Shown piece by piece: positions 18,931 through 27,976 of a stretch of 64,000 nucleotides of DNA (position 1 is its first letter; every line of letters starts with the position of its first letter). Position numbers and translations under genes: made by a program. The DNA comes from Terracidiphilus sp. (GTDB taxonomy: Bacteria > Acidobacteriota > Terriglobia > Terriglobales > Acidobacteriaceae): contig JBEKUP010000014.1 of the NCBI GenBank assembly GCA_049514915.1, positions 27,887-91,886 on the forward strand. The letters run 5' to 3'. The notes below the pieces were generated by a model that did not search any database, was not told where the DNA came from, and saw nothing but the letters and a program-made list of their open reading frames with translations.

Positions 18931-21243
18931 ATGCAGTCAGTCATTCGATTCAACCGGAACCGCAACAACCCCTCGCGCGCCGTGCCTCTCAAGCGCGCGC
19001 GCTTCTGGCTGATCAGTCTCTTTTTCGTCCTCTGGGCTATGGCCATTACAGGCCGCCTATTCTGGCTTCAGATTGTTCGCCACAAGGAATTCATGGAGCG
19101 GGCGGAGAAGCAGCAGCAGCGCACCTTTGAGGTGGCTCCGCGGCGCGGCGTTCTCTATGACCGCAATCTGCGCGAGCTGGCCATGACCGTGCAGGTCGAC
19201 TCCATCTACGCGGTCCCCACTGAGATTGACGACAAGGCCGGATTTGCCCACACCCTGGCTGCTGTCGTTCACGCTGATCCTGACGACGCATTCACCACCG
19301 AACAGCAGATCGCCGACCGGCTCGCTAATGGCCACAGCTTTGCCTGGGTCGCCCGCCGGGTCACGCCGGAAATTGCCTCTCGCGTCCGCGAGCTCATCAA
19401 GACGAAGAACCTCAAAGGCATTTACTTTCAGAATGAGTTTCAGCGCTTCTACCCCGACGACAAGATCGCCGCGCAGGTTCTCGGTTATGTGGGCGCCGAC
19501 GACAACGGCCTCGGCGGCCTCGAACTGAAGTACGAACCGCAGCTCCATGGCACTCCCGGTCGCACGTACACCGCGCTCGACGCCCGGCGTCATGTGCGCG
19601 GTTCCAGCGAGCAAGAGCCCGGACCCGGCCTCAATCTCGTCCTCACCATCGACGAAAACATCCAGTTCATGGCCGAGCGCGCCCTCGACCACGTGATGGA
19701 GAAGACCCATTCCGACAGCGGCACCGTGGTCGTGCAGGACGTGCACACCGGGCAGATCCTGGCACTCGCCGTCCGCCCCACTTTCAACCCCAACATTGCC
19801 CGCAAAACCACTCCGGCGCTGCTCCGCAACCACGCGGTCAGCGACGTATACGAGCCCGGCTCGGTCTTCAAGCTGGTCACATACTCGGCCGCGCTTGACC
19901 AGCACCTGACTTCGCCGGACGACATGATCGACTGCCAGGGCGGCAAAATCACACTCGCGGGTCGCGTCATTCACGACGACAAGTCGGACCATTACGGCGT
20001 CATTACAGTTCACGAAGCGCTGGAGCACTCAAGCGACGTGGCCGCGGTCAAGCTCGCGCTCAAGGTCGGCCCTGACAACTTCTACAAATACATTCGTGAC
20101 TTCGGCTTCGGCTCTCGCACCGGCGCGGAGATGCCCGGAGAAACCCGCGGCCTGCTCCGCCAACCAAGCCATTGGGGTAGCTCGTCCATTGGCTCCATCG
20201 CCATCGGGCAGGAAGTAGCTGTCACCCCGCTGCAACTCGTGTCCATGGTCTCGACTATTGCCAACGGCGGCATCTATCTGCCCCCGCATGTCCTGCTGCC
20301 GGGCCAGGTCGACGCGGGCGCGCAAAAGTCCTCCGCGCAACCTATTGCTCAACCCTTCAAGCCCGGCGGCGATCTGCCCAACCCGCTACCTCCTGGAGCA
20401 CATCGCGTTATCTCCACTCTTACCGCTGCCCAGATGCGCCAGATGATGGAAGGCGTCGTCCTCTATGGCACCGGCAAGGATGCGCAACTCAATGGCTACT
20501 CGTCCGGAGGCAAGACAGGCACCGCGCAAAAAATCGATCCCGCCACGCACACCTACTCCAAAACCATGCACGTCGGCTCGTTTGCAGGCATCGCGCCCGT
20601 CAACAATCCGGTCATCGCCGTAGCCGTCATCATGGACAACCCCAAGGGGGCAACCTACTACGGCGGTGCGGTCTCAGCGCCCGTCTTTGCTGAGGTAGCG
20701 CAGCAGGTGCTTGAATATCTCGGCGTCCCGCATGACATTGACCTTCGTGCTCCGAAGCAGTCGAAAGACAAACCTGCGGCTATGATGGCGGAAGACGACC
20801 ACGACGAAGGTACCGGCGACATCAACGCGCTCTTCGCCGCCGCCAACGACTTGCCCAGCGACGACCCGCTCCGCTCCGGCCAGCAAGACCAGCCCGTGGC
20901 GCAAGCCGTCGCCGCCTCATCCTCGCAGCCTTCGGGACAAACCGCGAATACTTCCAGCGGCTCATCTTCAGGAGATAAAGCCAAGCCAGGCTCTGCGCAG
21001 CCCACCGCCAGCCCAACGGTCTCCGTCGCGCAGCAGCCATCCAAAACCGTCACGGTCGTCGAAGCCAAGCGGCTCCAGGTCCCCTCGCTCCTCGGCCTTC
21101 CAGTGCGCAAGGTCATAGAGCAGTCTGCCGCCGTCGGTCTCGCCGTACAAATCACCGGCAACGGCACCGTCCGCGAGCAAGCCCCCGCAGCCGGCACCAT
21201 GGTCCTCCCCGGCACCCAGATCGTCGTCCGCTGCGGCCGTTAG
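18931..21243 (+). CDS. ftsI: Penicillin-binding protein FtsI (class B transpeptidase) with low-complexity linker and C-terminal PASTA domain
   Basis: 770 aa with an N-terminal TM anchor. Motifs: SxxK 'GSVFK', 'HSSDV', 'GKTGTAQK'. A Ser/Ala/Gln/Pro-rich linker is followed by 'LQVPSLLGLPVRKVIEQSAAVGLAVQITGNGTVREQAPAAGTMVLPGTQIVV' (PASTA pattern). The stop overlaps the stop of the convergent gene (TTAG). Confidence 0.9.
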   Translation: MQSVIRFNRNRNNPSRAVPLKRARFWLISLFFVLWAMAITGRLFWLQIVRHKEFMERAEKQQQRTFEVAPRRGVLYDRNLRELAMTVQVDSIYAVPTEIDDKAGFAHTLAAVVHADPDDAFTTEQQIADRLANGHSFAWVARRVTPEIASRVRELIKTKNLKGIYFQNEFQRFYPDDKIAAQVLGYVGADDNGLGGLELKYEPQLHGTPGRTYTALDARRHVRGSSEQEPGPGLNLVLTIDENIQFMAERALDHVMEKTHSDSGTVVVQDVHTGQILALAVRPTFNPNIARKTTPALLRNHAVSDVYEPGSVFKLVTYSAALDQHLTSPDDMIDCQGGKITLAGRVIHDDKSDHYGVITVHEALEHSSDVAAVKLALKVGPDNFYKYIRDFGFGSRTGAEMPGETRGLLRQPSHWGSSSIGSIAIGQEVAVTPLQLVSMVSTIANGGIYLPPHVLLPGQVDAGAQKSSAQPIAQPFKPGGDLPNPLPPGAHRVISTLTAAQMRQMMEGVVLYGTGKDAQLNGYSSGGKTGTAQKIDPATHTYSKTMHVGSFAGIAPVNNPVIAVAVIMDNPKGATYYGGAVSAPVFAEVAQQVLEYLGVPHDIDLRAPKQSKDKPAAMMAEDDHDEGTGDINALFAAANDLPSDDPLRSGQQDQPVAQAVAASSSQPSGQTANTSSGSSSGDKAKPGSAQPTASPTVSVAQQPSKTVTVVEAKRLQVPSLLGLPVRKVIEQSAAVGLAVQITGNGTVREQAPAAGTMVLPGTQIVVRCGR

Positions 21244-21701
21244 ATTCCTTCAGGCCACTTGTCTGTCCCCGCCAGCGATTCGCCAGTCTCCAGCAAGCTC
21301 TTCAGACTCGCCAAGAGGTGCGGCCATCCATTCGAAACCGCCTTGATGGTCTTCGAGTCCTTCTTCTCCATGGTGTGCGTGAGCGTCAATTTCACCACGC
21401 CGTCCTTCGCTTCCAGAACGTAGGTCATGCGCGAGAAACCCTCCGCCTCCATCTCCGGAAACAGGTGATTCCGCCACGTCAGCACCAGCTTCTTTGGCCG
21501 ATCGATCTCCACCACCTCGCCCGTATCCGCCGCGCGCCCGTCGGGAACCACAATCTTCCACGTCGCACCCTGCGTCCACTCACACTCCTGCACCGTGTTT
21601 GCCCAGAACTTGCGCGTAAACTCAGGCTCCGTCAGCGCCTGCCACAGCTTCTCCGGAGTAGTCCGGATATACGTCACATACACAAACTCGGATTCAGCCA
21701 T
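21240..21701 (-). CDS. AHSA1/SRPBCC-domain protein (activator of Hsp90 ATPase homolog-like)
   Basis: 153 aa. 'TYIRTTPEKLWQALTEPEFTRKFW...GWPHLLASLKSLLETGE' is typical of bacterial AHSA1-domain proteins. Overlaps the upstream ArsR gene by 8 nt. Confidence 0.8.
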   Translation of the reverse strand: MAESEFVYVTYIRTTPEKLWQALTEPEFTRKFWANTVQECEWTQGATWKIVVPDGRAADTGEVVEIDRPKKLVLTWRNHLFPEMEAEGFSRMTYVLEAKDGVVKLTLTHTMEKKDSKTIKAVSNGWPHLLASLKSLLETGESLAGTDKWPEGI

Positions 21702-22041
21702 TTTTCTTCCCCTCCAATTTCGTTTTCAGATCCGCAAGAGCCCCCAATCGCCCCCGCTCATATTTGTCGATCCAGCGCTCGGATATCTCGTGGATCGGCA
21801 CAGGGTTCAAGTAGTGCAGCTTCTCCCGCCCCCGCCACCGGGTCACAACCAGCGTCGCCGCTTCCAGCACCTTCAGGTGCTTCGTCACGGCCTGCCGCGT
21901 CATCTCCATACGCGCACAAAGCTGCGTAAGCGTCTGCCCGTTGTCCGCGCGCAGCCGGTCCAGCAGCAGTCTGCGCTCCGGGGCAGCCAGTGCCTTGAAC
22001 ACCAGATCGACATCAGCACCCATTAGGGTCATAATAGGCAA
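21694..22041 (-). CDS. ArsR/SmtB-family HTH transcriptional regulator
   Basis: 115 aa. 'VFKALAAPERRLLLDRLRADNGQTLTQLCARMEMTRQAVTKHLKVLEAATLV' is a winged-HTH ArsR signature. The ArsR + AHSA1 pairing is common. Confidence 0.85.
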   Translation of the reverse strand: MPIMTLMGADVDLVFKALAAPERRLLLDRLRADNGQTLTQLCARMEMTRQAVTKHLKVLEAATLVVTRWRGREKLHYLNPVPIHEISERWIDKYERGRLGALADLKTKLEGKKNG

Positions 22042-22153
22042 CTATTTGGTTGCATGTCAAGTCAGATTTTTACGGGAACAGATTGCGGAAATCCCTTTTT
22101 CGTGACTAGCTCGCGAGTGATACTTGAGCCAGAAAACAAAAGGGGATTTCTTC

Positions 22154-22831
22154 ATGGTGTTGCTCCAATTGCGCAAGGCGCTGCAGCAGGCTGCTGATCC
22201 GGGACGGGCGCCGGCAATGCAGGCTTACATGAAGTCGGCCATGCCCTATCACGGCCTTTCTGCGCCGCTGTTGCGCAAGGTCTGCAAGACAGCGTTTGCC
22301 GATGTGCAATTCACCTCGGCATCGGAATGGCAGGCACTCGTGCTCGAACTCTGGCGAGGCGCGCGTTTCCGCGAGGAACGATACGCGGCCGTCTGCCTCA
22401 CCGGGGACAAGCGTGCTCGGGCCTTTCAAACTCCATCCGCAATGAAAATGTACGAAGAACTGATTGTGACCGGCGCCTGGTGGGATTACGTCGACGACAT
22501 TGCATCGCACCGCGTCGGGCCAATCCTCCGTGATTATCCCGCGCCGATGCGACGTAAAATGCTCGCGTGGAGCAAGTCAAAGAATCTCTGGAAGCGGCGT
22601 ACTGCCATCCTTTGTCAGCTTGGCTTCAAGGCGGAGACTGATCTGGACCTGCTCTATGCGTGTATCGAACCTTCTCTGGAATCGCGAGAGTTCTTTTTGC
22701 AGAAGGGCATTGGCTGGGCTCTTCGCCAATATGCATGGACCGACCCAGACGAGATCGAAAGATATGTCCGTCTCAACCATGCCCGCCTCAGCGCCTTGAG
22801 CCGTCGCGAGGCGTTGAAGAACATTGGGTGA
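22154..22831 (+). CDS. DNA alkylation repair protein (AlkD-like HEAT-repeat family)
   Basis: 'LRKALQQAADPGRAPAMQAYMKSAMPYHGLSAPLLRKV...NLWKRRTAIL...GWALRQYA' matches the DNA alkylation repair enzyme family pattern. ATG 22154 with GGGGA upstream is preferred over 22124. Confidence 0.8.
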   Translation: MVLLQLRKALQQAADPGRAPAMQAYMKSAMPYHGLSAPLLRKVCKTAFADVQFTSASEWQALVLELWRGARFREERYAAVCLTGDKRARAFQTPSAMKMYEELIVTGAWWDYVDDIASHRVGPILRDYPAPMRRKMLAWSKSKNLWKRRTAILCQLGFKAETDLDLLYACIEPSLESREFFLQKGIGWALRQYAWTDPDEIERYVRLNHARLSALSRREALKNIG

Positions 22832-22850
22832 CGGACATGCACTCGCGCCT

Positions 22851-23048
22851 TTAATACTCCTGGTCGTCCGGTAACTCCAGCGCCACTGCACCTGAATTCA
22901 AATGCGGTCGAGGCCGAATCGGCGCACCCACCAGCGCATAGCTGTCATCGTCCTCCGATGAGTCGTCGAGTTGAGGTCCCCGCCGCGCCAGCAACTTCCA
23001 CAATGCTTGCGGCAACCGTTTAAACAGACCTTTCCGTTTCTCATCCAT
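22851..23048 (-). CDS. Small hypothetical protein, paralog A (shared C-terminal PRPHxNSGAVA motif)
   Basis: 65 aa from ATG 23048: MDEKRKGLFKRL...ALVGAPIRPRPHLNSGAVALELPDDQEY. The only support is protein-level conservation with the adjacent ORF despite diverged DNA. Confidence 0.45.
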   Translation of the reverse strand: MDEKRKGLFKRLPQALWKLLARRGPQLDDSSEDDDSYALVGAPIRPRPHLNSGAVALELPDDQEY

Positions 23049-23096
23049 GCACGGATAGTACCCCAATTCCGCTCCGGAAGGGGCTCAAATCGCCGC

Positions 23097-23372
23097 CTAA
23101 TCCGGCTCCGGCACCGCAACCGCGCCGGAGTTCACATGTGGCCGCGGCTTCCTCGGCGCGCCAACCGGCGCATCCGGAGCGCCAGGCCCCGAGGAGCCAC
23201 CGCTGGGGCTCGCTTCCGGCGAAGTGCCAGTCAGCAGTGCTTGCAGCTTGTGGATTGTTTCCATGTCGCCTTCGAAGTACGCTTTCGCGAATTCCCGCAC
23301 AAAATCTTCGACAGGGAACCCGCGCAGGTCGCGCTTCAAATCGTCATAGATGCCTTTCCGTTCCTTTCCCAT
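23097..23372 (-). CDS. Small hypothetical protein, paralog B (shared C-terminal PRPHxNSGAVA motif)
   Basis: 91 aa: MGKERKGIYDDL...APVGAPRKPRPHVNSGAVAVPEPD. Shares the N-terminal KxRKG[IL][FY] and the C-terminal 24-residue block (17 identities by my count) with paralog A. Confidence 0.5.
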   Translation of the reverse strand: MGKERKGIYDDLKRDLRGFPVEDFVREFAKAYFEGDMETIHKLQALLTGTSPEASPSGGSSGPGAPDAPVGAPRKPRPHVNSGAVAVPEPD

Positions 23373-23451
23373 GCGTGCATGCTACCGCTAATTCGAATGG
23401 TTTGCACCCCAGCAAACTACAATGAAAACTCACATCAACGGAAAGAACAAG

Positions 23452-23955
23452 ATGACACTTCAATACGCGCTGACCAGAGGTGAGATCGTTCGATTTTTCT
23501 TGCTCGGAATCAGACGCTCTCCTCGAATGCTCGGAACGGTCCTAATCTACTCAGCAATTGCCGGGCTCGCCTATCCAGTAACGAGTGGGACCCTTTTCCG
23601 GCCGCTGAGCTTTCGCCACGTAATTGCCGACCTCGCATGGGTAATCGGTGCCTTCTGCGTCATGGTCTTTCTGGTATTTGTTCGGGGCAAGACGGATGTA
23701 CGAACACTAAACGTTACTGAAACGGGCATCACCACCGAGATCGGTCCACTTCAGGGCAGCGCGTCCTGGAACACCATCACTGTTTTGGAGGATATGGGTA
23801 AGTATGTCCTTATCGCTCGCTCCAACGGGAACGCCTTCTTCATCCCAAGTCGAGCTTTCAGCGGGCCGGACGAGCAAGCACAATTCCATGCACAAGCCTG
23901 CATCTGGTGGAAAGCAGCGCGAGAAAACCCGAATGCGCCCGGCAAACTACAATAG
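23452..23955 (+). CDS. YcxB-like membrane protein (two TM segments + PH-like C-terminal domain)
   Basis: 'MTLQYALTRGEIVRFFL', two hydrophobic segments, then 'WNTITVLEDMGKYVLIARSNGNAFFIPSRAF', the typical YcxB-like ending. The track ORF begins at 23422. Confidence 0.55.
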   Translation: MTLQYALTRGEIVRFFLLGIRRSPRMLGTVLIYSAIAGLAYPVTSGTLFRPLSFRHVIADLAWVIGAFCVMVFLVFVRGKTDVRTLNVTETGITTEIGPLQGSASWNTITVLEDMGKYVLIARSNGNAFFIPSRAFSGPDEQAQFHAQACIWWKAARENPNAPGKLQ

Positions 23956-23963
23956 AAGCCGAC

Positions 23964-25475
23964 ATGCAATGGAAAGATCTAGCTGAGGAAGTGACTGCCA
24001 TCGGTGCAGCCGGCGACTCCGCCGCGCCCATCGCCGGCATTGAATACGACTCCCGCCGCGTCCGCCCCGGCTCCGTCTTCGTCGCCATGAAAGGCGGCTC
24101 AACCGACGGCAACCGCTACGTGGAAAAGGCCATCGCCTCCGGCGCTCTCGGCATCATCACCGACTCCGCGCAGAAGTTCGACCACCTGCTCGTTTTCCAA
24201 CCCGGCCTGCCAGTTCTTGAAGTCGAGCACGGTCGCCGCGCACTCGCCCAGGCCTCCGCCACTTTTTTCGGTCACCCTGAGCGCACACTTGCCGCCACCG
24301 GCATCACCGGCACCAACGGCAAGACCACAACAGCCTTCCTCACCGAAGCGCTGCTCAACGCCGCCGCCCGCAAAACCATTCTCGTCGGCACCATCGAGTA
24401 CCACGTCGCTGGCGAAGTCCGTCCCTCCGTCCACACCACCCCCGAGTCGCGCGATCTCTTCGAGTTGATGGCCGAGGGCGTTGCCCGCGGCGCAACCGAG
24501 TTGGTCACTGAGGTCTCAAGCCACGCGCTCGACCAGGGCCGTGCCGCCGGCGTCAACTTCGACGTCGCCATCTTCACCAACCTCACGCGCGATCATCTCG
24601 ACTACCACGGCACCATGGACAACTACTTCGCCGCCAAGCGTCTTCTCTTCGACGGTACTATCTATCCCGCTCCGCGCGTAGCAGTCATCAACGCCCACGA
24701 CCCGCGTGCCGAGGAACTCTCCGCAGCCGCAAGCAAAGCTGGAGCGGAGGTTCGCACCTACGGGATCGGCCGAGGCGATTGGAATGCAGCCTGTTACCGG
24801 CTCACGACTAGCGGCGCAACATTCGATCTTGAATCTCCCGCTGGCTCCGCTAGAGTTGTCTCGCGCCTCGCGGGAGAAGTGAACATTCTCAACCTGCTCG
24901 CCGCGCTGACGACTGCTCATGCGCGCGGCGTCCCTTTCAACGATCTCGTTGAATCTGTTTGGCAACTCACGCCCGTGCCTGGCCGCTTTCAGCTCGTCGA
25001 TGCAGGACAGCCTTTCACTGTCATCGTGGACTACGCGCACACTGACGATGCCCTGCGCAATCTCACAGCCCTGGCGCGCCAGATCACCGCGCAAACCGCC
25101 GGCCGTGTCATCACCGTTTTCGGTTGCGGTGGCGATCGGGACCGAACCAAGCGCCCCAAGATGGGCCAGGCAGCCGGCGAGGGAAGCGATTTCGTCATTG
25201 CCACCAGCGACAATCCACGTTCCGAAGATCCACTCGCCATCCTTGCCGAGGTCGAGCCCGGGTTGAAGGCCAGCTGCGTCCAATACACCATCGAGCCGGA
25301 CCGGGCCGCGGCCATTCATTTCGCCATCAAAGGGGCCGCCTTGGATGACGTTGTATTGATCGCCGGCAAGGGCCACGAAAAGGAGCAGATTCTGGCCGAC
25401 AAAACAATTCACTTCGATGACACCGAGACGGCACTTTCAGCGCTGGCCGATCTGGGTTACCGTATAGAACAATGA
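23964..25475 (+). CDS. murE: UDP-N-acetylmuramoyl-L-alanyl-D-glutamate--2,6-diaminopimelate ligase
   Basis: 'GITGTNGKTTTA', 'HALDQGR', 'TNLTRDHLDYH', 'DNPRSEDP'. ATG 23964 (MQWKDLAEEV) is preferred over 23907. Confidence 0.93.
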   Translation: MQWKDLAEEVTAIGAAGDSAAPIAGIEYDSRRVRPGSVFVAMKGGSTDGNRYVEKAIASGALGIITDSAQKFDHLLVFQPGLPVLEVEHGRRALAQASATFFGHPERTLAATGITGTNGKTTTAFLTEALLNAAARKTILVGTIEYHVAGEVRPSVHTTPESRDLFELMAEGVARGATELVTEVSSHALDQGRAAGVNFDVAIFTNLTRDHLDYHGTMDNYFAAKRLLFDGTIYPAPRVAVINAHDPRAEELSAAASKAGAEVRTYGIGRGDWNAACYRLTTSGATFDLESPAGSARVVSRLAGEVNILNLLAALTTAHARGVPFNDLVESVWQLTPVPGRFQLVDAGQPFTVIVDYAHTDDALRNLTALARQITAQTAGRVITVFGCGGDRDRTKRPKMGQAAGEGSDFVIATSDNPRSEDPLAILAEVEPGLKASCVQYTIEPDRAAAIHFAIKGAALDDVVLIAGKGHEKEQILADKTIHFDDTETALSALADLGYRIEQ

Positions 25476-26884
25476 AGTTGACACTGGCAGAGGCGGCCAT
25501 CGGCGCGGGAGCTGTACTTGAGGCCCCCTCCAGCATCCCCAACGCAGGTGCTCTTGAAGTCTCCGGCTACTCCATCGACTCCCGCACCGTAGCCCCCGGC
25601 GAGCTCTTCTTCGCCGTCAAAGGCGAGCGCCTCGACGGCCACAACTTTATTGTTCCGGCGCTTGAGCGCGGAGCCGTCGCCGCCGTTGTTTCGCGTGCAC
25701 TGGTCGCAACTCTGCCTGACGCAGCACTTGCCGCCCCGCTCCTCATCACAGAAGACCCACTCGCCGCTCTGCAAGCGCTGGCCACGCATGTGCGCCGCCA
25801 GTGGGGCCGTCGCGTTGTCGCCATCACCGGCTCGGCAGGAAAGACAACAACGAAAGAAGCCGTAGCCGCCGCGCTCGGCGCAAAGTTCAACGTCCTCAAG
25901 TCGCAGGGCAATCTCAACAACGCATTCGGTCTGCCTCTGCAACTGCTGCGCCTTCAGCCCGAACACGAAATCGCCGTGGTTGAAATGGGCATGAACCACA
26001 CCGCCGAAATCGCCGCCCTCGCCCGCATCGCCGCGCCGGAGTGGGGTGTCGTCACCAATGTAGGCACCGCGCACATTGAGAACTTCGCCGACGGACAGGC
26101 CGGCATTGCCCGCGCCAAGTTTGAGCTGGTGGCCGCGCTTCCCTCCAATGGCATCGCCTTCCTCAACTGCGACGATCCTTACGTCTCGCAGTTTGGCCGC
26201 GATTTTCAGGGCCGCGTTGTCTACTTCGGCGCCGGTCCCTGCGCCGATCCGCAATTCCTCGGAGCAACCGAAGATCTTAATGGCCTCCATATCCACTACC
26301 GCGCCGGAGAAAACGAAGGCCAACTGACCCTCCATCTCCTCGGCGCGCACAATGCGTCCAATGCCATGGCCGGCCTGGCCGTTGCGCTTGAAGCAGGCGT
26401 TCCGCTTCACGACGCAATAGCCGCTCTGGGCCAGCTCACTGCTGGAGACAAGCGCGGCCAGGTGCTCGAAGTCAACGGCGCAACAATTCTCAACGATAGC
26501 TACAACTCCAACCCTGAAGCCCTGCGTTCCATGATTCGCACCCTCGCCGCCCGCCCGGGAAGCCGCCGCATCCTCGTCGCCGGAGAAATGCTTGAGCAGG
26601 GTTCGCACGGTGAGGCTCTTCACGCAGCTTGCGGACGCGCCGCCGCTGAAGCGGGCCTCGACCTGGTTGCAGGAGTGCAAGGCAATGCCGTCCATCTGGC
26701 CGCCGCAGCCTGCACCCTCGGAGTAGGTTCTCTCTTTCTGCCCGACGCGGAAGCCGCCGGCCGCTGGCTCCAGCAAACCCTTCGTCCCGGCGACGTTGTC
26801 CTCGTCAAAGGCTCCCGCGGCGTGCATCTTGAGCGCGCGATTGAGGCGCTCAAGGACGGGGCAGTCGTTCCGGACAAGCAATGA
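25472..26884 (+). CDS. murF: UDP-N-acetylmuramoyl-tripeptide--D-alanyl-D-alanine ligase
   Basis: 470 aa. 'ITGSAGKTTTKE', 'VVEMGMNHTAEI', 'NDSYNSNPEA'. ATGA start/stop overlap with murE. Confidence 0.93.
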   Translation: MKLTLAEAAIGAGAVLEAPSSIPNAGALEVSGYSIDSRTVAPGELFFAVKGERLDGHNFIVPALERGAVAAVVSRALVATLPDAALAAPLLITEDPLAALQALATHVRRQWGRRVVAITGSAGKTTTKEAVAAALGAKFNVLKSQGNLNNAFGLPLQLLRLQPEHEIAVVEMGMNHTAEIAALARIAAPEWGVVTNVGTAHIENFADGQAGIARAKFELVAALPSNGIAFLNCDDPYVSQFGRDFQGRVVYFGAGPCADPQFLGATEDLNGLHIHYRAGENEGQLTLHLLGAHNASNAMAGLAVALEAGVPLHDAIAALGQLTAGDKRGQVLEVNGATILNDSYNSNPEALRSMIRTLAARPGSRRILVAGEMLEQGSHGEALHAACGRAAAEAGLDLVAGVQGNAVHLAAAACTLGVGSLFLPDAEAAGRWLQQTLRPGDVVLVKGSRGVHLERAIEALKDGAVVPDKQ

Positions 26885-26998
26885 ATCGCACCAGGTAATT
26901 ATCTGGGTGCTCCATTTTCGGCTTTTGGGTCTCTGGAATCCATGCAGCCTGTCCTCTCCATTACCCTTCATTTACCTCTCTCGAATGGAGGAGGATCC

Positions 26999-27892
26999 AT
27001 GTTGAAGAAGCTCTCCCGCTCCATCCTTCTGTTCACGCTGGCTTTAGCCTCAGCCGTGCATCTCAGCGCAGACGCATCGTGGACCACGCCCTTCCCTCCC
27101 TTTCGCATCGCCGGCAACATCTATTACGTAGGCAGCGCAGACCTCGCGTCCTACCTCATCGTCACGCCTAAAGGCCTCATCCTCATCAACTCCAGTTTTG
27201 AAGCCAACGTCCCGCTAATCGAAAAAAGCGTTGCCCAACTCGGCTTTCACTTCCAGGACATCAAGATCCTGCTCATCAGCCATGCCCACAACGACCATTG
27301 CGCTGGCGCCGCGCAGGTCATCAAGCTGACCGGCGCAAAGTACTTCGTCATGGATGGCGATGTTCCAGTCGTCGAGTCCGGCGGCAAAGCCGATTTTGAT
27401 TACGGCGCAAAGAGCGAGAACTGGTATCCGCCCGCGCATGTCGACCGCGTCTTGCACGATGGCGACACAGTCTCCCTCGGCGGCACGGTGTTAACCGCCC
27501 ACAAAACCGCCGGCCACACCAAAGGCACCACGACGTGGACTCTAGACGAACCTGGCGTTCCCGAAGTCGATAATGGCCGTCTCCTGCACGTAGTCATCGT
27601 CGGCAGCCCCAACGTCAACCCCGGCTACAAGCTGGTAAACAACAAGACCTATCCCAAGATCGCCACCGACTACGCGCACGGCTTTCAGGTGCTCAAATCG
27701 CTGCCCTGCGACATCTTTCTCGGCGCGCATGGTCTCTACTTCGACCTGAAAGTAAAGTACCCCCGCTGGAAAGCCGGAGACCGCAACGCCTTCATCGATC
27801 CCGACGGCTACAAAGCCTACGTCGCCGACCGCCAAAAGGCATTCGAAGACGACCTGAAGCGACAGACGGCTGGCACATCGACCACCCGTTAG
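26999..27892 (+). CDS. Subclass B3-like metallo-beta-lactamase (secreted MBL-fold hydrolase)
   Basis: ATG 26999 follows GGAGGAGG. Signal peptide MLKKLSRSILLFTLALASAVHLSA. Zinc ligand pattern 'SHAHNDH' (HxHxDH), 'TAGHTKG' (GHTxG, H196-like) and 'FLGAHG' (H263-like), arranged as in L1/FEZ-1-type B3 enzymes. Confidence 0.8.
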   Translation: MLKKLSRSILLFTLALASAVHLSADASWTTPFPPFRIAGNIYYVGSADLASYLIVTPKGLILINSSFEANVPLIEKSVAQLGFHFQDIKILLISHAHNDHCAGAAQVIKLTGAKYFVMDGDVPVVESGGKADFDYGAKSENWYPPAHVDRVLHDGDTVSLGGTVLTAHKTAGHTKGTTTWTLDEPGVPEVDNGRLLHVVIVGSPNVNPGYKLVNNKTYPKIATDYAHGFQVLKSLPCDIFLGAHGLYFDLKVKYPRWKAGDRNAFIDPDGYKAYVADRQKAFEDDLKRQTAGTSTTR

Positions 27893-27976
27893 GAGTTTGA
27901 TTGTCGGATTACCGGTCAGAAGCTGAGATGCATTGGCCAGTGAATTGTCAACGTTCTGAGGAATAGAATTGCCGCC

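Noticed and set aside
25457-26971. 504-aa minus-strand ORF opposite murF. Similar cases: 24516-25412 opposite murE, 44755-46008 opposite murC, 40225-41832 opposite the ADOP permease, 60990-61946 opposite the PBP-like gene, 33229-33936 opposite ftsW, 19057-20028 opposite ftsI.
   Set aside because: All are shadow ORFs in a high-GC genome. Each overlaps a gene with strong family motifs on the other strand.
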